Positions 1 to 10,020 of a DNA stretch of 64,000 nucleotides are shown here, piece after piece. Position 1 is the first letter of the stretch; every line of letters begins with the position of its first letter. This stretch comes from a virus, in the IMG/VR virus record IMGVR_UViG_3300030419_005541, positions 62,523 through 126,522 of that record. One strand, given 5' to 3'. The translations under genes were made by a program, and so were the position numbers. Below the pieces are notes generated by a model. It was not told the origin of the DNA, did not search any database, and saw nothing but the letters and a program-made list of their open reading frames with translations.

Positions 1-1
1 T

Positions 2-286
2 AATGTTACAGGTTCAAGACTTAATCCTTTAAAAGGTAGAATTAAATTATTTTATAGTAGTCAATTTAGTGCATCATATGAAATGCCTTCAAGTTTTTCA
101 TATGAACCAGCTGAAATTAACGTTCCTGCTGATTCATCTACTGCTATGAGAAGATTATTTTTTGAAGGAATTAAAAATACTAAACTTACAACACAAGATG
201 GTGGATTACCTGTTGAAGTAACATTGACTTCACCAACAAGAATTGTAACAAAAGAACCAGGAGATTCAAAACTTGACATTGAATAG
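2..286 (+). CDS. 3' end of a probable virion structural protein (truncated by window start)
   Basis: The frame of ORF 83..286 is open back to nt 2 (NVTGSRLNPLKGRIKLFYSSQFSASYEMPS...). It lies directly upstream of a structural gene cluster. Confidence 0.6.
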   Translation, partial: NVTGSRLNPLKGRIKLFYSSQFSASYEMPSSFSYEPAEINVPADSSTAMRRLFFEGIKNTKLTTQDGGLPVEVTLTSPTRIVTKEPGDSKLDIE

Positions 287-355
287 TGAAGAAAAACTTA
301 ATGAACCAATATTTAATATAGAAGAATAGTCTATTTATCTAATAGGAGTCTAATT

Positions 356-1021
356 ATGGGATTTTTAAATAATACAAATATTACCGTTGATGCTGTACTT
401 ACAAAGAAGGGCAGAGAACTTTTAGCCAAAGGTGAGAATCAGTTCAACATAACAAAGTTTGCTTTAGCAGACGATGAAGTCGATTATCGTTTGTGGGATG
501 TTACACATCCTAATGGTAGTGATTTCTACGGCAACGTAATTGAGAGTATGCCTTTACTTGAAGCATTTCCTGATGAAAATCACGTTATGCGATATAAGTT
601 AGTAACTCTACCTAAATCAACACAAGCAATGCCGATACTTGAAGTAGCACAAAGTGCAATTACTCTGAGAAGATTAAATTCTGTTAGTATCATAAATCCA
701 TCTACACAGAATGGTTCAGATGATACATTAGGCTATACTTTTATTCTTCATAATCAATCTATGGCGAGACTCAGAGTTAGAGCAGGTGCACAAGTAACTG
801 CAGGTGGTACAACGGTACCATTTTTCTTAGATGAAGACGATTTACCAAATAGTATTTCAGTAGTAGGTAAAAGTGTTGAAATAAGGCCAAAAAGATTGAC
901 AAGAACACAAACTACACAAATAACCGTAGTAGGTAATGAGACAGCCGCTACTACTACTCTAAACTTAACCGTTAGACGTAATAGAACATTCGGTGTGATG
1001 TCTGCTGCGGGTCCATTATAA
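356..1021 (+). CDS. Putative baseplate/tail-collar-like structural protein
   Basis: 221 aa with AGGAG SD. The N-terminal 'AVLTKKGRELLAKG...ITKFALAD' resembles the start of phage tail-collar/baseplate domains. Confidence 0.55.
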   Translation: MGFLNNTNITVDAVLTKKGRELLAKGENQFNITKFALADDEVDYRLWDVTHPNGSDFYGNVIESMPLLEAFPDENHVMRYKLVTLPKSTQAMPILEVAQSAITLRRLNSVSIINPSTQNGSDDTLGYTFILHNQSMARLRVRAGAQVTAGGTTVPFFLDEDDLPNSISVVGKSVEIRPKRLTRTQTTQITVVGNETAATTTLNLTVRRNRTFGVMSAAGPL

Positions 1022-1035
1022 GGGAGGAATGACTA

Positions 1036-2088
1036 ATGGCGATTTATCAACGATTTCAAACAGAAGCTGAAAATCCTGAGAATCCTGATGTGATTTCAGG
1101 ACTCAGAGATGTTATCTCTTCCGGAATGTGGAGCGGCGGAGCAGGTACATTAACTACATTCTTCACTTCATCAACACAATCAGGTTCGACAGGTGACTAT
1201 TACTTAGATGTTTATAAAGCAGACCCTGATGCGGATTCTACTGCTGAAGTTCAGTTTAGTATAGCTTATTGTCACTATAATGGTAGTGGTTCTTTAGGAA
1301 ACAGAGGAGCTACAGGTAAAAGAGCATCTGCGGCATTATATGGTCAGTTTTCAAATATATTATTAGGACCAGGTGAAGATAAATTCACAATGGCAAGTAA
1401 TCACGTTTTGAATCACGCATATGTTATTTCTCTACAAAGAGCGAGACTACGTGAAAAGATGGACCCAGGTAATTGGGAATTACATATAAGTGGTAGTGGT
1501 GCGAGTGGCACAAGTACTATAAAACTTATTGATGATTCAGGTGCAACTACTAATCCAACCGTTAATCAAGGTGGAAGAGTATTTAATGTTGTATCAGGGT
1601 CTATTGCAAATGGTACTGCTACTATTAAAACAACTGCGGCAAATGAAACGGTTATGGGTTCTTATGGATTGTTTTATCCTGACTTAGGTATGATAGTTCT
1701 TAATCCGCATCCATTGAAAGTATTAGGTTCACCTCATATGGCTATTGTTTCGGGAAGTAATGCTGAAGCTTTTAATGCTAATAAATTGTTTAAGTCTATT
1801 AAAGCAAAATCATACTTTCAAGCTCGTAGAGAAGAAGTAATTAGTTCTACACATTATTTCTGTAGAGTCGGTAATAAAAAGTTCAACTTTTCAAGTAACC
1901 CAACATACTTTACGGCTTCAGACGGTTCTTTTACTAACCCAACGTTTTTTAAGAATCCAAAATCTTATATTACACAAGTTGGTATGTATAATGATGCTAA
2001 TGAATTGTTAGCAGTAGCTAAATTAAGTAAACCTTTATTAAAGTCTTTTGCAAGGGAAGCTATCGTAAAAGTTAAACTTGATTTCTAA
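1036..2088 (+). CDS. Putative baseplate/tail structural protein
   Basis: 350 aa with GGAGG SD, S/G/T-rich. The C-terminal 'YITQVGMYNDANELLAVAKLSKP' is tail-collar-like and is shared with the next gene. Confidence 0.6.
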   Translation: MAIYQRFQTEAENPENPDVISGLRDVISSGMWSGGAGTLTTFFTSSTQSGSTGDYYLDVYKADPDADSTAEVQFSIAYCHYNGSGSLGNRGATGKRASAALYGQFSNILLGPGEDKFTMASNHVLNHAYVISLQRARLREKMDPGNWELHISGSGASGTSTIKLIDDSGATTNPTVNQGGRVFNVVSGSIANGTATIKTTAANETVMGSYGLFYPDLGMIVLNPHPLKVLGSPHMAIVSGSNAEAFNANKLFKSIKAKSYFQARREEVISSTHYFCRVGNKKFNFSSNPTYFTASDGSFTNPTFFKNPKSYITQVGMYNDANELLAVAKLSKPLLKSFAREAIVKVKLDF

Positions 2089-2103
2089 TAAGGAGGAACT
2101 AAG

Positions 2104-3156
2104 GTGTTTCGTAGAATACCTCCTGACGATATTAGCATAACTCCATTTACGAGTCACAAATCATTCTCGTTTACAAACAATGATACAGGCTCGTTTGGTG
2201 TCTACTCATATCAAGCAGTTTCACAATCTTTGTTTAACTATGCGAGTGCAAGTGATAGTATCACTTTTGTATCATCTTCGTATCCTGCTTCTTCATATAC
2301 ATTTTTCAAACAACCAACTTATTGGTGGGCAAAGAATAGATACTACAATACATTTACTGACAGGACACCAGGACCTTTTAATAATTTTGGTGGCAGTAAT
2401 GTTTATACTAAATTAGATATACACGGACAAGTAAATGTAATATCAATACCATCTTCTTTTTATGGTGAAAAAATAAAACCTGGTAGTGTTGTATTAACAG
2501 ATAATAGTCCTGGTCATAAAACTTTAGATTTAAGAGATGATGGTTTTGGTAATTTATATGACCACACGTATTCTGCTTCTTTTGCCGCATATCAATCTTC
2601 TTCGTATGACACGACTAAACTTGTACATAGTGGTTCACAAATAATAAATGGTGTTGTAGGTAATATATTTTATGCTGATGGTATAATAGTAATTACAGAT
2701 ACAGGAAGTTTGTATAATGGTGTTGGTGTTAATACGGGTAGTGATGGTTGGGAAATAAACTTAAAATCATCAGTAAAGAATGTAGAGTATGAATATCTAT
2801 GTGAAGTACCTGAGTTTAAATTTAATAAATCAACTAACATAACCACAACATTTGAAAGAAGTGGTTCTATAGAAGTACCTGAAAGTGGTTCTGCATATAA
2901 ATTCTTTCCTCCAGGTAACGCACCTAAACACAATCTTAATTCAATCAGTGCGAGTTCATATGGTGACAAAGCATTTAGTGCCACAGAGAAAGTCGCAGAT
3001 TTTGTTACGGGTTCTAAGTTCGCACCGTACATAACACAAATTGGACTCTACAACGACCAAAATCAGCTGTTGGCATATGGTAAATTAGCTAACCCAATAA
3101 AAAATGATGACGAATTAGCACTCGGATTTGTTGTTCGTTTTGACGTTAACTCATAA
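2104..3156 (+). CDS. Putative baseplate/tail structural protein, paralog of 1036..2088
   Basis: GTG start after AAGGAGG. It shares 'L.DD..G', 'G.(L/I)FY.D.G.IV' and 'YITQIGLYNDQNQLLAYGKLANP' with the upstream gene. Confidence 0.6.
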   Translation: MFRRIPPDDISITPFTSHKSFSFTNNDTGSFGVYSYQAVSQSLFNYASASDSITFVSSSYPASSYTFFKQPTYWWAKNRYYNTFTDRTPGPFNNFGGSNVYTKLDIHGQVNVISIPSSFYGEKIKPGSVVLTDNSPGHKTLDLRDDGFGNLYDHTYSASFAAYQSSSYDTTKLVHSGSQIINGVVGNIFYADGIIVITDTGSLYNGVGVNTGSDGWEINLKSSVKNVEYEYLCEVPEFKFNKSTNITTTFERSGSIEVPESGSAYKFFPPGNAPKHNLNSISASSYGDKAFSATEKVADFVTGSKFAPYITQIGLYNDQNQLLAYGKLANPIKNDDELALGFVVRFDVNS

Positions 3157-3164
3157 TTATAGTT

Positions 3165-4085
3165 ATGAAGCTGAAAGACATACTAAACGAAAAGATTGAA
3201 CTTGATGTAGAGATTGGTGATACTATTCTTGTAGGTAGATTTAAAAACAAGAAGTTAGTAGTAAAAGACATTGGAAAAGATTCACACGGAATGCCGACTA
3301 TTAATGGTAGAAAAGTTACTACGTTTCGTACTATGAAAAAAGATGAAGCTGTAGATGAAGCTTCTGATTTCAAAAAAGCTCACAAAAAATTTAAAGAGAC
3401 AGGTGAACTACCACCACACTTAAAAAAATTAGTAAAAGATTTAAATAAAGTAAAAGTAAAACACAAAGTAAAAAATGTTGTCGTTCCTGGATTAGAATGG
3501 ATGTCTGATATAGATGAAGGGACTTGTGGATATAGTATTGATGGTGAAGGCGATGATGAACCTGCAGGACCACATTTACTAAAGAAAGAAAGCAAAGAAC
3601 AGATTAAAGTTATACACGACTTTCTTACAAAACATACAAAATCTGCTAAGAAAGCCTCTGCTATGATTAAAAAATATTATAACAAAGTCAAGAAACAATT
3701 CAGAGGAGATTCTACGAGAGACATAGCTATGGCAATTATAGGCTATGATGTTATAGGAGAAGGTAAACAAGATATAGATAAGTTGTATGCTTTCTACTCT
3801 CAAGCAATGCAAATGGTCCCTAATAGTCCACAACAAAAAAAATTAAAAACCAAGATAAAAGCTCTACGTAAGAAATTAAAGATGGATGAATCAATCATTA
3901 AAGAAATGTCTCCTGAAAAGAGAGCATTTCTTATGTTAAGAATTTATGGTGATAGTTGGAAAGTAAATTTAGGTAAAGTCTTTTCAGGAATCAATAAACA
4001 GAAACCTGGAATGATAAAGAAAGGTCTTAAAGAAATCAAAATACTCAATAAAAAGATTGAGGAAATGATAGAAGACTTAGTGTGA
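3165..4085 (+). CDS. Modular Lys-rich protein, putative internal head protein
   Basis: Starts MKLKDILNE. It consists of several short modules separated by Glu-ending linkers (AVDE, IDE, LKKE, IIKE). Confidence 0.5.
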   Translation: MKLKDILNEKIELDVEIGDTILVGRFKNKKLVVKDIGKDSHGMPTINGRKVTTFRTMKKDEAVDEASDFKKAHKKFKETGELPPHLKKLVKDLNKVKVKHKVKNVVVPGLEWMSDIDEGTCGYSIDGEGDDEPAGPHLLKKESKEQIKVIHDFLTKHTKSAKKASAMIKKYYNKVKKQFRGDSTRDIAMAIIGYDVIGEGKQDIDKLYAFYSQAMQMVPNSPQQKKLKTKIKALRKKLKMDESIIKEMSPEKRAFLMLRIYGDSWKVNLGKVFSGINKQKPGMIKKGLKEIKILNKKIEEMIEDLV

Positions 4086-4441
4086 TTAGTCTTAAAAAAA
4101 TTTTAAATGAAGTAATTGCTTGTGGTGAATGTGTTCAATGGGCATGGAAATATTATATGACTAATCAACACGATAAAAAAGCTAAAGTTGTATTTGGTAC
4201 GGTTCAGAACGATTGGGTTTCTAAAGGTAAACGATACAAGCACGTTTGGATTATTAATAAAAAAGGTATCGTAGAAGATTGGCAAACAATGGTAGCAGGT
4301 TCAAGTAAATATGCTTTTAAGGGAATGCCAATGAAATTTTTTAAAGATACTTGGAATCCAAAAGTAAACAAAATGTATGGAATGGAGCAAGCAGCTGAAC
4401 ATTTTAAAAGAACTAAAACAATGTTAGGTTGGAAGTGGTAG
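4082..4441 (+). CDS. Small protein with a Cys-His-Asp (transglutaminase/papain-like) motif arrangement
   Basis: GTG start overlapping the previous stop; begins MISLKKILNE. Motifs are 'GECVQWA' and 'KHVWI...VED'. Confidence 0.45.
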   Translation: MISLKKILNEVIACGECVQWAWKYYMTNQHDKKAKVVFGTVQNDWVSKGKRYKHVWIINKKGIVEDWQTMVAGSSKYAFKGMPMKFFKDTWNPKVNKMYGMEQAAEHFKRTKTMLGWKW

Positions 4442-4450
4442 AGACCTCGT

Positions 4451-4666
4451 ATGATTAGACTTGAGATAAAAGGAAATAAAGAACAAACAATTACAAACGT
4501 GTGTAATGAGTGTGGTCGTAAAATAAAAGATTTAGAACTTCAAGATATTGTAGTAGCACCAAAACCTGATATGAGTTTAACGTTACACGATTCTGAAGGT
4601 AAAGACATAACACGTACTGAAATAGACGAAGATTTAAAAGTATCTAAATGTGTAAATTGTGCTTGA
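4451..4666 (+). CDS. Small hypothetical Zn-binding protein
   Basis: 71 aa with two CxxC pairs (CNEC, CVNC). Confidence 0.5.
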   Translation: MIRLEIKGNKEQTITNVCNECGRKIKDLELQDIVVAPKPDMSLTLHDSEGKDITRTEIDEDLKVSKCVNCA

Positions 4667-4680
4667 CTTTATGGTAAATT

Positions 4681-5445
4681 ATGATTAAATTAAAACAGAT
4701 ATTGAGAGAGTATATCTCTACAGGTCAACTAAATCAAGTTGAAAAGTATCTTGATAGAGTTTGGGCTAAAGTTGGTATTGATGTAGAGTTTACTAAACAC
4801 TTTCACGATAGAGTGAATGATGCACGAAATATCAAACCTATTTCTACAGCTGAAGTAATAAAGATATTTAGAGAAGTGTATAAAAAGTTTGGTAAACAAA
4901 TATCTACTTTACCTGATGGTATTAATTTACTTTTTAAAGATATGAGAAGTGACATCAATGTTCCTGTAGTATTAAGATACGACAAATTAAATAAAGAAAT
5001 AGATATGATATCAAAAACGGTTATGAGAAAAAAGAATTTCAAGTCAAGTACTAAAAAGTATTCTGTAGAAAATAAATTAAACGAAAGAGTAGATTATTTA
5101 CATATAGGACAAGAGTTAGTAAAAGCATATGGTTTAAAATCAAAAGTTAGATTTACATCAGGAAGTACATTAGCAGAATATGTACCTGAAACTGATACGA
5201 TATACCTCAGACGTTCATATCCAAATATGAAAGAATTTGTAATAACTATACTACACGAAATCAAACACGCTCTTGATGCTAAACAACTTGGTAGAAGAAA
5301 ATTTATAAAGAAATATGCTCAAGCAGGTACAATGGCTCAGTACAAAGGATTAGACCCTCACGATGATAATAAGTGGGAAGAACGTGCTGAGAGATGGGCG
5401 AGAAACGAATTTAAACGTATAAAAAATAAATTGAATTTTAAGTAA
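4681..5445 (+). CDS. Two-domain protein: RelE/BECR-like nuclease-type domain plus HExxH zinc-metallopeptidase-like domain
   Basis: Starts MIKLKQILRE. It has 'FTKHFHDR...KTVMRK' (RelE-like pattern), a linker ENKLNE, then 'ILHEIKHALD...WEERAE'. Confidence 0.5.
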   Translation: MIKLKQILREYISTGQLNQVEKYLDRVWAKVGIDVEFTKHFHDRVNDARNIKPISTAEVIKIFREVYKKFGKQISTLPDGINLLFKDMRSDINVPVVLRYDKLNKEIDMISKTVMRKKNFKSSTKKYSVENKLNERVDYLHIGQELVKAYGLKSKVRFTSGSTLAEYVPETDTIYLRRSYPNMKEFVITILHEIKHALDAKQLGRRKFIKKYAQAGTMAQYKGLDPHDDNKWEERAERWARNEFKRIKNKLNFK

Positions 5446-5490
5446 TTTAGGTAATACTTATTATTGTAATAACGTTATATACACACTCTC

Positions 5491-5523
5491 TAAAGGTTTC
5501 ATTTAAATCTAATAGAACCTTTA
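5491..5523. repeat. Inverted repeat (TAAAGGTT/AACCTTTA) in an AT-rich intergenic region
   Basis: The arms at 5491-5498 and 5516-5523 are exact reverse complements. Confidence 0.5.
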
Positions 5524-5610
5524 TGGATACTGATTAAAACGTTACACTTAGCAATTAACTAATATAACTTAATAACTAATAGCTTAAATAAACTAAAACT
5601 AATATAGTAT

Positions 5611-5940
5611 ATGATTTCAACATCCGCTCGAAAGGCTAAAGGCCGTCGTTTACAAAATAAAGTTCGTGAACTTTTAATCGAAAAATTTGATTTACATCCT
5701 GATGATATAAAAACAGCTGTTATGGGTGAATCAGGAGAAGACATAAGATTAGCACACTCTGCTCGAAAGAAATTTCCATTCTCTGTAGAATGTAAGAATC
5801 AAGAAAAATTAAACATATGGTCATCGTTAGAACAAGCAGAAGATAACGCAAGTGACTATACACCATTATTAATATTTAAACGTAATCGTTCAAAAACTTA
5901 CGTTACATTATCACTTGAGGATTTTTTAGACCTATTATAA
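5611..5940 (+). CDS. Holliday junction resolvase-like PD-(D/E)xK nuclease (Hjc type)
   Basis: 'KAKGRRLQ...GEDI...SVECKNQE' is the Hjc-type motif pattern. It is adjacent to primase. Confidence 0.7.
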   Translation: MISTSARKAKGRRLQNKVRELLIEKFDLHPDDIKTAVMGESGEDIRLAHSARKKFPFSVECKNQEKLNIWSSLEQAEDNASDYTPLLIFKRNRSKTYVTLSLEDFLDLL

Positions 5941-5941
5941 T

Positions 5942-6850
5942 ATGATAGACGTTATAAGTGTATTAACACGCGCTTTAGGTAGTCGTTACAAAAAAGCTAA
6001 ACAAGGACAAGAAGTAATTTATCATTGTCCTTTTTGCCACCACCATAAGCCAAAGTTACAAATTAGTTTGTTGTCACAAAAGTGGCATTGTTGGGTGTGT
6101 GATAAAAAAGGTCGTTCACTCTATACATTACTAAAACTTATCAGAGCTCCTAAAGCATTGATAGATGAAGTACGTGAATATAAACCTAATTATAAAGTAA
6201 AAAAAGTTGAAGAAAATCAAACTTTATATTTACCTAAAGAGTTTAAAAATTTTATATACGACCCAGGAACTTCTGTATATTATGAACAAGCATATACGTT
6301 TCTAAAAGACAGAGGTGTAGATGCGACAGAGATAGCGAGATATGGAATAGGGTATTGTACAGAAGGTACATATGCTGAAAGAATAATCATACCAAGTTAT
6401 GATAAAGATGGTATCTTAAATTATTTCACAGCACGTTCTTTTACAGGTTCAAATTACAAATATAAAAATCCACCTGTTAGTAAAGATGTTATAGGATTTG
6501 AATTTTTTGTTAATTGGAATGAGCCAATAATTTTGTGTGAAGGACCATTCGATGCTTTGAGTATTAAGAGAAATGCGATACCATTATTTGGTAAGACTAT
6601 TCCTAAAACATTATTGAAAAAGATTTATGAACAGAGAGTTAAAGAAATATATATTGTGTTAGATGATGATGCAAGACAAGATAGTATTAAATTAATTGAT
6701 AAATTAATGAAGGATGGTATAAACGTATATTTTGTTCAGTTAAAAGAAAAAGACCCAAATGATTTAGGGTTTAGTAAAGTGTGGGATGTTATACATTCTA
6801 CAAATCAAGTAACATTTTCAGATTTTATAAAGCATAGGTTATATGGATAA
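5942..6850 (+). CDS. DNA primase (Zn finger plus TOPRIM)
   Basis: CPFC...CWVC zinc finger, 'RIIIP', 'CEGPFD', 'LDDDA' and 'KDPND'. Confidence 0.88.
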   Translation: MIDVISVLTRALGSRYKKAKQGQEVIYHCPFCHHHKPKLQISLLSQKWHCWVCDKKGRSLYTLLKLIRAPKALIDEVREYKPNYKVKKVEENQTLYLPKEFKNFIYDPGTSVYYEQAYTFLKDRGVDATEIARYGIGYCTEGTYAERIIIPSYDKDGILNYFTARSFTGSNYKYKNPPVSKDVIGFEFFVNWNEPIILCEGPFDALSIKRNAIPLFGKTIPKTLLKKIYEQRVKEIYIVLDDDARQDSIKLIDKLMKDGINVYFVQLKEKDPNDLGFSKVWDVIHSTNQVTFSDFIKHRLYG

Positions 6851-9800
6851 ATTAAAATACATACATCACATATCTGATATTCAGATTAGAAATTTAAAAA
6901 GACATAAAGAATATAATGAAGTATTCGAAAGAACTTACAGAGAAATTGAGAAATACAAAGATGATGCTGTAGTTTACATTGGTGGTGACATAGCACATAG
7001 TAAAACTGATATGAGTCCTGAGTTAATAAAAATGTTATCAGACTTATTTGTTAATCTTGCAGATATATGTCCTACAATTTTAATTGCAGGTAATCACGAT
7101 TGTAATTTAAATAATTTAAATCGTTTAGATGTACTGAGTCCTATTGTTGATAATTTAAAACATCCTAATTTACTTTATTACAAGAAAGGTGGTATCTATC
7201 CTTATGCTGATGTTAACTTTGTTGTATGGGATGTTTGGGATAATCCTAAAAATTATTTACAAGCAAAAGATGTACCTGGTGACAATAAGATATTATTGTT
7301 TCACGGAACGGTTGATAAATCTGAAACTGATTTAGGATTCAAATTACCATCAGATGTTAAAATGTCTCAAATGAAAGGATATGACCTTGTACTACTTGGT
7401 GATATTCACAAGAGACAATTTATGAATAAAGCAAAAACGATTGCATATTGTGGTTCATTAGTTCAACAAAATCACGGAGAAGAATTAGGTCATGGATATT
7501 TAAGATGGGATGTACCAACTCGTAAATCTACATACGTTGAGATACCAAATGATTATGGTTACTATACTTTAGATATTGATAAAGGAAAAGTTCCTGATGT
7601 AACTGATATGCCTAAAAAAGCAAGATTGAGATTACGTGTAAAAGATACAACGAGTACTAATCTTAAAAAAGCTATGAAACAGATTCGTGATAAATATGGT
7701 ATCGAAGAGATGACCGTAACACGAACTGATAGATTATTGGCAGAAGATAAAGTTAGAAGTGACGTAATCAATATCGGTGATGTACACGATGAGAATTATC
7801 GTTTTTCTTTAATCGATGAATATCTAAAAAATAATTTTATGATTGACGATGATATGTCTGTAGGTGTTAGTAAGATAAACAAATATTTACAAGACTATTT
7901 GAAGTCAAGTGATGTAACGAGAAATCTTAGATGGAAACTTAAAAAGTTTGAGTTTTCAAATATGTTTAGTTACGGTGAAAATAATTCTGTTGATTTTAGT
8001 AAGTTAAATGGTATAGTAGGATTATTTGCACTCAATGCTTCAGGTAAATCTTCTTTATTAGATGCTTTAACATTTTGTTTGTATGATAAATCAAGTAGAG
8101 CACCTCGAGCAAAAAATGTTTTGAATAATAAGAAAGAAACATTCCATTGTAAAGCAGAATTAGAAATTGATGGTAAACCTTATTTTATTGAAAGAAAAGC
8201 AAAACTTATAAAAAGAACACAACACGTAAAAGTAGATGTTGACTTTTGGACCGTAGACGATGGTGGTGAAAAAGTAAGTTTAAATGATGAACAAAGAAGA
8301 ACTACAGATGTTAATATCAGAAAATATATTGGTACTTATGATGATTTTATTTTGACTTCAATGTCACTTCAAAATAACAATACCGTTTTTATTGATAAGA
8401 CACAGAAAGAAAGAAAAGAGTTAATGGCACAATTTATGGGACTTGGTGTCTTTGATGAATTGTATGTTTTAGCAAATCAAGAAGTAAATGAAATACAAGC
8501 AATATTAAAAGAATTTGAAAAATCAGATTATGATGTAGAACTAAGTGATATTGAAAAAGAATCAAAACAATATAAAAAAGATTTAGTAGATGTTGAAAAA
8601 AATATTGTAGATTTAGAAAAAGATTTGACAGACAAAGAACAAGAGTTACTATCTTTTACTAAACAATTAAAAAATATCGATGAGACTTTAGACATAAAAG
8701 AATTAGAAAAAGAATATGAAAAAGTATCTGAGGAATTAGATTCAGTAGACGAAGAACACGCTGATGCAAATGATAAAATAGAATGGGTAGATAACACTAT
8801 TGATAATCTTGAATCTGATTTAGAAGATATTGGCGCAGATGATGTTGAAACACAATTCAATAAATTGTCTAATTTAAAATCTCAAAAACACGAAATAAAA
8901 GTAGAAATAGATAAACTAAAAATAGATGTACAAAACAAACTTGACAAGATTAAAAAATTAGGTGATTTACAATATGACCCTGATTGTGAATATTGTATGG
9001 ATAATGTTTTTGTAAAAGATGCTATTAAGACTCAACAAGATTTACAAACTGATAAAGAAATTAGTGATGAGTTAGTTAAAAAGTTTGATGACGTAGAACA
9101 ACAAATTGATAAACTTACAGAATACGAAGATAAAAAAGATTCTTTAGATAAGATTGTAATTGAACTTAATCAATTTAGAGATTCATCAAAAGATTTAGAA
9201 AACAAAGTTTCTATTTTATCAGAAAGAATAACATCTCTTTCAGGTGCAAAAGAAGTATTAGATGAGAAGATTGAAAAGTATTACAAACTTGAAAGTGATA
9301 TGGTTTTTAATGAAAAGATAAATGATAAGATTGAAGATGCAGAAAATGATTTAGCTAATTGGAGAAAAAGTATAAAAATACTTTTATCAGGTAAGTCTGA
9401 TATGGTAAGTGCTATTGCACGTTTAGATTCTAAGAAAGAAACAATCGATGAAAATATTAAGAAGATAAAAAAATTAGAATCAAGATACTCTGCATATAAA
9501 TATTTTATCGAAGCAGTACAAAGAGATGGTGTTCCTTATGAATTAATTTCAAAAGCATTACCTGTCGTTGAAGGTGCTGTTAATGACATACTTGCACAAA
9601 TTGTTGATTTTCAAATCTTATTTGAAATGGATGGTAAAAATATTAATTGTCACATTGTATATGATGAAGATAATGTGTGGCCATTAGAACTATCATCCGG
9701 TATGGAAAGATTTATATCATCACTTGCTATTCGTGTTGGATTGATAAATGTATCTAATCTACCCGCATCAGACTTCCTTGCTATCGATGAAGGTTGGGGA

Positions 9801-9965
9801 ACAATGGATAGTGAGAATTTAAACTCAGTATATAATTTATTTCAATTCTTAAAATCACAATTCAAATTTACTATGATTATCTCACATATAGACACTATGA
9901 GAGATGCAGTTGATACATTACTCGATATTAAAAAAGTAGACGGATTTAGTTCAGTTTCTTCATAG
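6843..9965 (+). CDS. Fused Mre11/SbcD nuclease and Rad50/SbcC ATPase (T4 gp47-gp46-like)
   Basis: Nuclease motifs SDIQ, GGDI, GNHD, HG and GDIH. ATPase elements are Walker A NASGKSS, a coiled coil with CEYC hook, signature LSSG, Walker B AIDEG and an ISH switch. Confidence 0.9.
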   Translation: MDKLKYIHHISDIQIRNLKRHKEYNEVFERTYREIEKYKDDAVVYIGGDIAHSKTDMSPELIKMLSDLFVNLADICPTILIAGNHDCNLNNLNRLDVLSPIVDNLKHPNLLYYKKGGIYPYADVNFVVWDVWDNPKNYLQAKDVPGDNKILLFHGTVDKSETDLGFKLPSDVKMSQMKGYDLVLLGDIHKRQFMNKAKTIAYCGSLVQQNHGEELGHGYLRWDVPTRKSTYVEIPNDYGYYTLDIDKGKVPDVTDMPKKARLRLRVKDTTSTNLKKAMKQIRDKYGIEEMTVTRTDRLLAEDKVRSDVINIGDVHDENYRFSLIDEYLKNNFMIDDDMSVGVSKINKYLQDYLKSSDVTRNLRWKLKKFEFSNMFSYGENNSVDFSKLNGIVGLFALNASGKSSLLDALTFCLYDKSSRAPRAKNVLNNKKETFHCKAELEIDGKPYFIERKAKLIKRTQHVKVDVDFWTVDDGGEKVSLNDEQRRTTDVNIRKYIGTYDDFILTSMSLQNNNTVFIDKTQKERKELMAQFMGLGVFDELYVLANQEVNEIQAILKEFEKSDYDVELSDIEKESKQYKKDLVDVEKNIVDLEKDLTDKEQELLSFTKQLKNIDETLDIKELEKEYEKVSEELDSVDEEHADANDKIEWVDNTIDNLESDLEDIGADDVETQFNKLSNLKSQKHEIKVEIDKLKIDVQNKLDKIKKLGDLQYDPDCEYCMDNVFVKDAIKTQQDLQTDKEISDELVKKFDDVEQQIDKLTEYEDKKDSLDKIVIELNQFRDSSKDLENKVSILSERITSLSGAKEVLDEKIEKYYKLESDMVFNEKINDKIEDAENDLANWRKSIKILLSGKSDMVSAIARLDSKKETIDENIKKIKKLESRYSAYKYFIEAVQRDGVPYELISKALPVVEGAVNDILAQIVDFQILFEMDGKNINCHIVYDEDNVWPLELSSGMERFISSLAIRVGLINVSNLPASDFLAIDEGWGTMDSENLNSVYNLFQFLKSQFKFTMIISHIDTMRDAVDTLLDIKKVDGFSSVSS

Positions 9966-9970
9966 CCTTA

Positions 9971-9978
9971 TATTTATA
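9971..9978 (+). promoter_or_regulatory. TATTTATA late-promoter-like motif
   Basis: Recurrent intergenic octamer, here about 40 nt upstream of the tail fibre gene. Confidence 0.55.
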
Positions 9979-10020
9979 TAAAACGAAGAGTACCTTTCGG
10001 GAGGAAAACGTTTAGATATT

